From positions 460,835 to 524,834 of the forward strand of contig NMRA01000114.1 of the NCBI GenBank assembly GCA_002633005.1: a stretch of 64,000 nucleotides of DNA, read 5' to 3'. Every line of letters begins with the position of its first letter. Position 1 is the first letter of the stretch. A program made the translations under genes and the position numbers. Source of the stretch: Phoronis australis (lineage: Eukaryota; Animalia; Phoronida). The notes below the pieces were generated by a model. That model was not told where the DNA came from. It did not search any database and saw only the letters and a program-made list of their open reading frames with translations. Positions 53,484 to 64,000 of this stretch are shown piece after piece.

Positions 53484-56400
53484 ATGGAGGTTGGTGATTG
53501 TCATCAAAAATTTGTAAAATTTGCAACTATATGATTTAGTTACATTTGGTGCAGTGCCATAGGTGCAATGAAATGAATCTACAAGTATGACCGAGTGTAT
53601 AGTGAAAGACTGTCTCTTATATTTGCTCACTCTTCAGAATAAGACCTCTGACTGACTGACTATGAGTTTACCTGGCTCCTGCCTGGTTACTAAACCAGCT
53701 AGCTGTGACTGTGAGATTATCATCTAAATGCATCTAGGTACCGCTGTGTGTTCAGCACCGACAGACCTCGAAATTGCACACAGCCTGGGCAGTTCTGCCC
53801 GTCACCTTGCCGTGAAACTTGTATCAACTTGTAGGGGTATACATGCGCGCACCCAGCCTGAAATACAACCCCAGAGGGGCTCGAATTTTTGGCAATGTGG
53901 ACCTTTTACTAACAAAGCAAACGGAAGACTAAAAAAGGAAGAAAACGGGGTGCAGCGTTCAGAGCTATGAATTGTGCATTCCTCACCTTTTCTGTGGACT
54001 GTTGTCTCGTTTTCTCGGACTTTTTGTTTCTCTGAGGCGGACCTTTTTGCCCACTATGCCAAATGGAGGGGGCTCATTTGAGTCCCCCGAGCCCCCCCCC
54101 CCCCGGGTGTGCGCATGGTGTATGCAAAATCTGGGAGTGAACCGACACTCACCTTGCCCGTTTCAGCAGTATAAAGCTAATAAATATCCTTTTGTTGCTC
54201 TGCCTTTTGTAACAAAGAAAGTCTGCTGTTGTTTAGAACAGTACGCTCGTGACATGTGCACGCGCCATTTCCTAAATTATTTGCAACACCTCTCAGGAGA
54301 CGATGACGGCTTCGCTGCTGCAAAGTTTGTTCTGAAAATCGGTTTTCTGGTATTAAAATACTGAAAACTGTATATTTCTACAGCTTGGTATGAAAGGCTC
54401 AGTGGAGTTGGGTTTTCCTAGTTATTTTTTGTTTCAAAGTCTACAAGAGAAATTGGCAAAACCTCCGACATTCTGCCCAGAAAAGTGAAATTTTGAGACT
54501 TTTAACCTGTGTGGTTTAAACTTGTACCACATTCACCCGTGTGGATATAAGCTTGTACCACTTTTCAGCGGCGTGGGTGTAAGCTTGTACCACTTCTCTT
54601 GAACTGCGTGTTTGCTTCTTTATAGCTTCGTATTGTCCACACTAAGAGTGGGAAGGAGTTGGGGACAGTGAGAGACTTGAGTGTAGCTTCAACGATATAC
54701 GATGTCAAGAGAGCTTATCAAACCCAAAGTAAGTATGCTCTACGACGTTAAAATTGGGACAAAGTGCCCTGGGATTCAACCAGAAATTTACTCCTCCAAA
54801 CTCGATGCCGGTCCTCGCAATTTTGTCATCGATCAGAACATTCATTCCCCCGGTCGTTTGACCAAGTATGAATTGTTTTGAAATAATAATAGTTATGTAA
54901 CAGTTGTGCTGGAATTTTGCGAAATAAAATACGCAAAATTGAAAGACCGGCACGTTACTTAGGCCTTCTGCAGGTCCATTGCAACAGACCCTGTGCTTTA
55001 ATTTCACTGCTCATACTCAGCAAGTCTACCTGCTGGCTCGAGGAATTTTGCAAATGTTTTAATGTTTTCGTTAGCTATAGCTTTCGGTCGTTTGACCAAG
55101 TATAAATTGTTTTGAAATAGAGGGATATATTTATTATAATTATGACTATTTGCAGTACTTTCTCCATCACATATGAGTGTGTTGGTATTTTATTGGGGTC
55201 AAAGTTCATTGTTAGGTGAGATAGAAGAGAAAGATTATGATTGTGTTAAAGAATACTTGCCATTTTGAAAAACGCTTTGAGATTGTGTTACAGTTAGCCT
55301 GCAGTAATTTGATAGTGGTAGAGAATTATATATTTTTCCAGATGACTATCATTTTTATGATCATTTACCATGTGTTGTGCTAATCTTTTGTAATTCAATT
55401 GACTTTATTCTGTTACAGTCAAAAATCTTTCACCTGACAGACAGTCTTTCCGACTTGAACCAAGTAAGTGTTGGCTGTGTCGTTGTCGTTTTTGCTCTAC
55501 ATTTCAGCGACGGGGAGATTGATTTGAAAACTAGCCGTTAACTTTGCGAAAAAACTTGCAGTTTGTTAATTTTTTAACAATTCTACTAATTTTATGCAGG
55601 AAAAGGTTCAAGGTTATGTAGAACCCAAGAAAAATTCCAAATTTGTCTTCTTTGAAATGTTGTATCTCAGACATGTCTAATCGTGTTGATATGAAACTTT
55701 CAGACACTATGGTTTAAACATTGACAAGTTCTCCACAGCACTCTTACCAAAGCGATATTCAATATTAATTACTTTTAAGCTAAAGTTCATTTTTGTAGAG
55801 TAGGTTGGCCATTTTTTCAACATACTGTATCCTAAATAGGTGCTAAATGGGTGCAAATTAGGATAATTCAACACAGCATCGGTTGGAGCAATTACCTATA
55901 AACTGCCTTGATACTGGTGAGCTGTGACCTCATGTTTCTGCTTGAAGGAGGGAAACTGTTGAAAAATGAAGATATCCTAGGCAACCTTGGTTTGGAATCA
56001 ACGAGCAAGCTCTACTTTAAAGATCTTGGACCTCAAGTTGGATGGACAACGGTTTGTACTTGTTATTCTTTTTAATTTTTTGCCTTTGCTTTCTTCTTGC
56101 TTGGGCTTCTTCATAATGACATTTTTAAAGGTCATTTACAACACTACTGTACTCCATATTTAAAAACCTCCGTCATGAATTGTAGAGGTTTTAACAGGAG
56201 GAGTTACGATTCCTAATTTTTACTGTAATGTGCAACTACAAACTAGCTTCATTCTTACCAGTGTAATGCTTTTCATTATGACTTGACTCAATTATCCCCG
56301 CATTGCTGTTGTTGAAAACTTTGAAGGTTTTGAGCATCGAAAGCATTTGTTTTTCAAGAAGGAAAACACCTTCATCAGTGGCTTATTAAACATTCTGGGT

Positions 56401-59400
56401 ATACTTATACACTTTCTGTAGAAACTTTTAGCAATTGGATATTGTGATGTGTTACAATCTAACGACATTGATCGTGTGTTGTCTAGATTCAAGCATTCTC
56501 CAATCATTTACAGGTGTTCCTCACTGAGTACTCTGGGCCTTTGTTTGCGTACCTGCTGTTTTACTTCAGACCCGCCCTCATCTATGGCGCCGGCGCTGCT
56601 ACTAAACCCTATGCTGAGGTAGTCAAGTAAGTCACATGACTATCATTACAAATCGATGGTAAAATCTCACCAATTTGGGACACAACATGCCGGACAACTG
56701 AAATTTTTTTTCTTATTTTTTTTCATAGGTGATACATATTACCAAAATAGTGCTTTACCGTATTAAAATTTTGCATTATACCTAACAACAGACAATATTT
56801 TGAAAACTGTGGGCAGTCGCAATGATCACTGCGGCCCTTGAAAAAAGTGTAAGCGTGGTGATATTTTTGTCCAAAATTTGTAAGATTTTACTGTAGTTTT
56901 GTTGCCTGGTATTGCAAAGATAGTAGCTCTGCTGAAAGATAAAACCACCACTTAGCTAAAAACTGAATTTCTCATTGGGTCAGAAATGGACTATGTTGTT
57001 GGATTTGGATGGTATTTTCCCAGAGTCGTCACTTGACCTGCTTGTTGATGTAGCAGGCTTTTTAAGGAGCTGTGAAGGTTATACTAAACTTGTCAGGTTT
57101 CAGCGGAGTCACGAGGCTTTGCAATATGTTTGGGATTTTCATTTTTTGTGATTAACTTATTGTACTTCGTGATTTGTTTTCCTCTGTCGCTGAACGTAGA
57201 ATTGTGGTAAACGTCACCACACATGTTTCCACCTTTCATCATTGTTCCAGTATTGCTGCCGCCTGCTGGACATTCCACTATGCCAAGAGACTGTTCGAGA
57301 CTATATTCGTACATCGTTTCTCTAATGCCACCATGCCCATAGCAAACATTTTTAAGGTAACTATCAATCGTAACCCAACACTGACGTGTATTATCTAACT
57401 TAGAACTGGTCATATTATCTCTTAGCGTGAACAGATGCGGTATTTTCAGACGACAAAAGCGTGACATCATCGTGTAGTATAGGGCATCAAAAGCAAATTA
57501 AGCTATTTTTAGGGTACTTGCAAAATGTCATCGATTTTCATATGTTGTTTGACTGCGTCAGTTTTAGGTGAGCCGACTCGTGGATGGGACGCTCTCACCA
57601 CATGGTGACTGAGGTATCTACAACATTATATCATGTCTTACTAAATGGAAAGTTTCTGTCTCAGTTTCCTTGTTTCAGGCTTTTACTGATATTGCTTTGA
57701 GAAGTGCTATTACCTTCGCGTCTTATAACCGATCGTCAGCAACTGTTGATCTCGTTTTTTTCAGAACTCCATCTATTACTGGGGTTTTGCTGCCTATGTT
57801 TCTTACTATGTCAACCATCCTTTATACACTGTTCCAAGTAAGTCTTGCCCACCTAATACATCGTCTATTTTGATAATTGCTTTAGAGTTACTAGATTAAT
57901 CTCTAGACTCGAAATCACCAAAATTCACTTGAGGTGTGATTCTAAAATTGACAATCCGTTTTTAATGGTGTCTCTCTTCAAGTTTGTTGGGTTTACTCCC
58001 TGGTGTTCATAGCTCTGAGAACCAATGAACAGTAATTCAATATATATGCATGTCCCAGTCCAGTCATGTACTTTCTCCGTTGTAGCACAAAAGTCGGAAA
58101 AGTACAGTCTACTGTTTAATATATTTTAGGTTATGGCAACAACCAGATATATGGGGCACTGGCAGGATTTATCGTAAGTATGCAATAAAAGTGGTACGTC
58201 CCATTGCCTCTTGTTATTCCTGAATGTCTAGCACTTTAAAAGTCAAGCAGTCATTTAGTACTTCAATTCTTCTCCTATTCAGCGCACAATAAAATGGACC
58301 TTGCTTTGTTTGTACTGTGAAGATGTCTTAAGGCAATGTTTGGTTAAATGTACTATTGTTAGTCTTCTTACACATCATATATCGATCACATCACGTGACC
58401 TATATTAAAATCTGAAAAGACCTCTACCAGCTAGGGCTCAGACCTGGGACTTTTTTTGTTAATCATGCCTCTAATCCACTGAGCTATCAAGAGCACCGGT
58501 CGATTGTAGAAATCCATTCAAGACACCTTACCTAAACTTGGGATGGCAAATGCATATATTATTGTGTTGTTTCAAGTCAGTGTGACCAACATGTGGCGTT
58601 TAAAAAGACTAATAATTTTTACATGCAGAGTTGACGGCAATGTGCACTTACATGTGGACGCATAAAAATAACAGATTTGGCAATTATTTTTGTGTGAAAT
58701 AAGTGAATTGTTACCCTATTTTCTCTATTCACTGTCTTGTTTCTATTATTAAAATAACACTGAGCTCTGCCCTGAAGGACCAACTCGACACGAAGATAAT
58801 AGAAACACATTTGATATTGAGCTCAGACTATATTTAGTGAAGATATCACAAAGCATACTTGACTTGCCCATTTGATAAAACTTGTCTAGCTGAAGGGTTG
58901 TTGCATAACATAGACCTAAATGATTACTTATGACCTATTAAGCTGCTGAATGCATTCTGATTTAACCTCACTTGTAGATGCCATGTTCTATATTTGTTTC
59001 AGTTCTGTGAGCTGGGTAATCTGAGCATCCACTTGGCACTGAGGTTTTTACGACCTGCTGGTATGGCAATTTAACTCCTATTTTGAAAAATACTACATAC
59101 AGTCAAATCTTGTTATAACATGCCAGGTTTTTACGACCTGCTGGTATGGCAATTTAACTCCTATTTTGAATAATACTACATACAGTCAAATCTTGTCATA
59201 ACATGCCAGGTCTTTACGACCTGCTGGTTTGGCCATTAAGTTCATATTTAGGACAGTGTTACTGCATACAGTTAAATTGTGTTATAACGTGCATGGTTTT
59301 AAAAGTTTAGTACCTGCTAATAAGTAAACTTAAAATACCATAAATCCTTAGCCATTTATAATATACCCAAGTTGATTTGGTTACAGGGAATGTCTGCTAC

Positions 59401-61310
59401 AACAAGTGTTTTAGATAAGTCTCAGGAGACTTCTTTGTGACACGTATTTGGACTAATGTGCTTTCATGCAAATTTCAATCTTTATCTAAATTTTGGTACT
59501 CCGGCCTAAATATGAAACGTTTCACTGAAACCATGGAGTGAGGTTAATAGTGTGTAAATGAAGGTTGAGTTGGCCGTTACATAATTTACAAATCCGTTCT
59601 CAAGATCATCAGAAGTAATCTTAGAAAAGAGTTATTTTGAGTATAGGTGTATCCATACACAGTGCAAATTGCCACATACATGGTCAGAGTTTGCAAAAAA
59701 TCTTTCTCTCAAGATGCCAATTAGCAAGTCTCAAGTTAACTTCATTTTATTCTGAAAAAGATCTGACATCATTTTATCACACTAAACAGTTGCATGTAAA
59801 ATATAGGATACATCCTATTGGTTGTTCATTTTATGTTCTTCATAATCTTCAAAAGATTTTGTGAAAAGGATATTGAAGACTTTGTGAAAAGGATATTGAA
59901 GACGAGCCTTTTATTGATATTGTGTATGATAGTACAGTCTATATTCCTCTGTTCAGCACTTCCTGAACTTTTTGAAACTGAGTGTCTGTCGTTTTACAGG
60001 CACCAAAGAGAGGCGCATTCCATATCCGGGACTGAATCCATTCACGTGGCTCTTTAAGCTTGTTTCTTGTCCTAATTACACCTACGAGGTTGGTGCCTGG
60101 CTTTCTTTCACGGTCATGACCCAGTGTCTTCCAGGTAAGTGATGTGATCTTTGGGTGTGGTACTACTGTTGCTTCCCTGCAGTTTGTACGACAGCTTCTG
60201 CTAATCAAGTTGCTATAAACATACATTCGTCACAAGAACTAATTTGATGTAGTTCGGTCCAGTTATGGTGGCGCTGGTAGTAATGTGAAGGTGTTCTGTA
60301 GCTTTTTAAAAGGAAAGCTATGTTATTGGTGTCTATGAACATGACATACATATATTTCTCATTTTTACAATTTCATAAATCAAAATTAATGTGATTTGTG
60401 TTGATAACATTTAGTTGCCATTTCATGCCTAACAGATACTAGATATACGTAAATAAAACAACAAAAATGGATTATTGAAATTTTCGAATATGTTAACAAC
60501 CTTCAACAGAAACAGAAATAAAGTAAAATCAAACACTTTATGACATCTGATATATGGCATAATGAGCATGATACATTGTTACGCCATATATCAGATGTCA
60601 ATTGTCATATAAAGTTTGATTTTACTTTATTCCTTTTTCTGTTGACGAAGGATGTTATTATATCCGAAAATTTCAGTTATCCATTTTTTAATCTGTTATA
60701 TTTACATATATTTATTCTACTTTTCGACACACAAGTGTATCCTTTAGAGGATCTGGATCGCCTCTTTTAGTTTCGGATTTATTTTCTATGTTATTTAACA
60801 GATACTGCATTGTTTTCCTGGTCATACTGTGCCACTTGGAGGCCATTTTAACAAAATACAATTACAAACAATTATTAAAAACTATCTTTCTGTTTTTTCA
60901 CATAATTCTTGGTTACACAGCATCCATCAGTCTCAAGAAGTTTTCAGATATGAGGAAATATGATTAATCTATTACTATGGCAAGTATAAATGCTGATTAC
61001 AACAAGGCTGGATACTTTCTAGAGGTGGTGTTAGTGCCAAACGAGTGCATTAGTTTGGTTTTCAGTTTCACGTTTTGCTGTGATGTGCACAAGAGGCTGT
61101 ATTTTCCCCTAAAAAATGTCCATTTTGCTGACAAAAGATTTTTTGGTGTTGGTTTGTTCACTATGGTTTGTCTCGTTCGCAGCTGGTCTCTTCACACTGG
61201 CTGGGTTTTACCAAATGGCCGTCTGGGCGCAAGGTAAACATAGGAATTACAAGAGGGAGTTCAAGAATTATCCGAAAGGAAGGAAACCAATTGTACCATT
61301 CTTGTTCTAA
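53484..61310 (+). CDS. TECR: Very-long-chain enoyl-CoA reductase (TECR), 11 coding exons, 304 aa
   Basis: Exons: 53484-53489 (ME; least certain), 54626-54728, 55419-55463, 55948-56051 ([13 protein letters not shown]), 56514-56626 (VFLTEYSGP), 57251-57356 ([16 protein letters not shown]), 57765-57837, 58130-58173, 59003-59060, 60000-60134 (VSCPNYTYE), 61183-61310. Total 915 nt with consistent phases. Confidence 0.94.
53842..54117. mobile_element. MITE, same family as 50474-50709 (TECR intron 1)
   Basis: TIR CATGCGCGCACCC/GGGTGTGCGCATG; flanks GTATA/GTGTA; shared interior (gtggaccttttactaa, tctctgaggcggacctttttgcccact). Confidence 0.75.
56659..56891. mobile_element. Short MITE, same family as 51619-51800
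   Basis: Same left TIR, degenerate right TIR and similar interior (gcccttgaaaa). Confidence 0.65.
59042..59298 (+). repeat. 83-bp tandem repeat x3 spanning the TECR exon 9 donor
   Basis: Units start at 59042, 59125 and 59208 (aggtttttacgacctgctggt...); the third is diverged. Confidence 0.85.
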
Positions 61311-62817
61311 TCACAACTGGAGTTTCCAAAGGCATGCCTATGTTACATAATGAATAAGAAAAATGACATTTCGCTGGCTGTCCTTGATTGAATACTGGCA
61401 AGCTGGCAGGGTCAATCAGTTCTACTAATAGAGGCTATTGATTAGTCAGTGACGACTTGAAGATCAGGAACCAATCAACTGCGGCCACTGTTACATGTTA
61501 TTTTTAAACATGCTTTTGACACCATTCGCCAGTTGAACTTGTTAAAGTGGGTGAGTTCAAAGTTTACTCAACCCAGCCTCATTGATTTGTCATCATTGAT
61601 CGAAATCAGTAGTTTTTTAAATCTTGCAGTAATTTGTCTTTGTCTTAAAAAAACATGACATGTTGTACATTGGCAAGGGAAAGCAATTATTCAACGTTTG
61701 GTTAGGTAAAAAATTTTGGTACTTTTTTACGCAAGAATTAGCTTTATCAGTTTACATCAATTGTGCAAATCTAGATTCTCCGATTAGATTAGGGATTGTT
61801 TGAACAGTGGCATCTGATGTTGTTGGAATTGTTTATGGCTGCTTTAAATAAGTCAAAAGCAAGTACTCCATAAATTGTGTCATCAGAGTGTAAATTTAAA
61901 CCGCCTTTTTTACAGTTAAATGGCTTTGTGAGGTAGTATCAATCTTGTTAAATGTCCGTTGTTCACGACTTGTTTAATTAATAAAATTGTGTGTAAATCA
62001 AAACAGTCGTTTTTAAGGTGTGCAAAAACGCATCTTGCAATAATGCAATGATTCAAACCTTTACGTCTCTATGTAAACAGTTAAATTTCTGTAAAAGTTC
62101 TTGAATTTGGGACACTCTTCTACAATCTGGGACATGGAAGCTCCCACATAAAATTGAATTTTCTTGATTCTGGAATTTATGACAAGGGTGGTTTTGGTGT
62201 TCACCATATTTCTCAAACTTTGAACAATGTATTTTCAATCTACAGAGTGGGTAATTTAACTATCTTTCCACCGATTCTTGAATTGGGATGGCCAGTATTG
62301 CCTATTTCTAAAATTTGGAACAAGCTCCAACCTTGAGAAAAATAAAAAATTTCAGTCCCAAATTAGAAAATTTTTTACTGCATTTTTCAATTTGAGTCCT
62401 CTTCTTCAATGGAATTAACAACAAACAAATTATATCAAAGTTTTATTTTCACATCCTTAAATATGTGTCATTTGTATACACAAATATTTACACAAAATTA
62501 CATAATTTCTGGGAATTATCACAGGGGCATCGATAAAGGAATGTACTACATTTTTTTTTAAAAAATTGATTAAAACCTAACAATGTGTGACTAAAACCTT
62601 ACGATTGATGATCACGATTGAAGTGCAGAAATTGAATGAAAAGTATTCAAAAAATTTCTTAAAAAATATTGAATAGAAAAGCTAGGGAACTTCGGAAATA
62701 AAGAAAACATTGAATGGGCAAAATATCACTATCTTCACTTTGATGTAAACCCATGGACCTGCTTTGCGATCTTCGAATCCCTTTACATCTGTAAACAAAT
62801 AGGATACTGCAAACTAA

Positions 62818-63593
62818 TCACTGCACTGTCACTGGTGGCAGTTTGCCACCAGATGGCGGCCTGTTAGAAATATTGCTCTCCAGTTCGTTCATCTGAAACC
62901 TCAACTTTTTTATTTCTGATTTCTGCATTTCTATGATTCTGTTCCTTTCCTCCAGATCTCTCTCCATCATGGCGTTCTTGTTCTGTGATGTAACTGCCGC
63001 CAGCGTTGCCGTGGCGTCCTGGTTGTTCTGTCTATGTAGGCCAAGGGCAGCCTCAAGGTCGTGCACCTGAGTACGCGCTATCTTCAGCTCTCGCCGCAGG
63101 TCATTAATTTCTTTGATTAGGGAAACATTTTCCTGAAACAAATTATTAAGACACGTCAGATTTAATGCGTAAACCACTAAATTCCTGAAAAAATTAATAA
63201 TCCGACACAGATGTTTCTAAAAAGTGTCAAATTTAAACATTGTAATTTTTGCTCTGACATCAAAGAATGAAAATTCAATATCAAATTTGAAAACTTCAAG
63301 TAATTATGTCACTGATAGTCAACTCCTAACTCCTGCAGTGTTTTTATCTTTTGAAACACTGAAGTGACAATGCAAACTGTTATGGCAGTAGACATACATT
63401 GACCATAACAATCACTTTCTAATTAAGAATCCAGCCAAAGGATACGTACCTGCATAATACGGACATTGTCAGCACGATGGATCTCCGTGTCTTTGGCCAA
63501 CTTCTTTCGAAGAGAGGCTACAGACCTCTCCAGATGTTCCCGTTGCCTGCTGTACTCTTTTTGTATGTCTGCATCCACGCTGGCCGACTCGGT
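62818..63593 (-). CDS. CFAP57: Cilia- and flagella-associated protein 57 (WDR65), last two coding exons; gene continues beyond the window
   Basis: Exon 63450-63593 (DADIQKEYSRQREHLERSVASLRKKL...VRIMQ) and exon 62818-63132 (ENVSLIKEINDLRRELK...*) match the recalled CFAP57 C-terminal coiled coil. Confidence 0.88.
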
Positions 63594-64000
63594 CTGTGAA
63601 AGAGAATTGAAAAGAGTGAGCGACTGCATTTAAAAACCTTGAACAGAAATGATGAGTCACCTGCGCAGAGCAATAGTTCTTAAATTGGCACTAAATCCAT
63701 GCTTTCTGTCAAAATGCAAATTTTGATTTCGTGATCATGAAAAGTCACTTTTAATTAACATTTTGGACGAGTCCTGAAGCGTTATACCAAAATTGAGACA
63801 GGTAGCGTGAACGTATTGCTGGCCTCAACCTTTGGGGGGCCCTAAGCTAGATTTGAGTAAGGGCCACCTTTATTGAAGACTGCATTTTAAGAAGTTCCTT
63901 TGTCCCTGAGGGGGCTCTAAGCAGTAGTACAGTGGTTGGACAGACGATGCGTGCAGGTCATGTTTTTACTCACAATAATCTGTAATTGACAATTATTTTT

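Overview
Eukaryotic (invertebrate metazoan) genomic DNA with AT-rich spliceosomal introns and five protein-coding genes, reconstructed exon by exon with consistent phases. (1) DOT1L H3K79 methyltransferase, minus strand, ATG 29355 to stop 510, about 2153 aa. (2) RAD54L, plus strand, 29686-47638, 750 aa, head-to-head with DOT1L across 330 bp. (3) A DNAJB1/4/5-type Hsp40 with an uninterrupted CDS, minus strand, 51826-52854, with a TATA box and heat-shock element. (4) TECR, plus strand, 53484-61310, 304 aa, head-to-head with DNAJB. (5) The last two exons of CFAP57/WDR65, minus strand. The main observation is a pair of anciently duplicated 107-nt, apparently mutually exclusive exons (18649-18755 and 18021-18127). 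They encode two versions of the DOT1L substrate-binding segment (human D286-I321, including W305 and Y312). Nearby are two intronic SNORD47/U47-like C/D snoRNAs and a candidate poison exon. Other features are a probable haplotype-duplication artefact that shows filled and empty alleles of a 6-bp-TSD MITE, several other MITE and foldback families, a CTCF-motif cluster and minisatellites. Gene identities and human residue numbers come from recalled sequences, not database searches.
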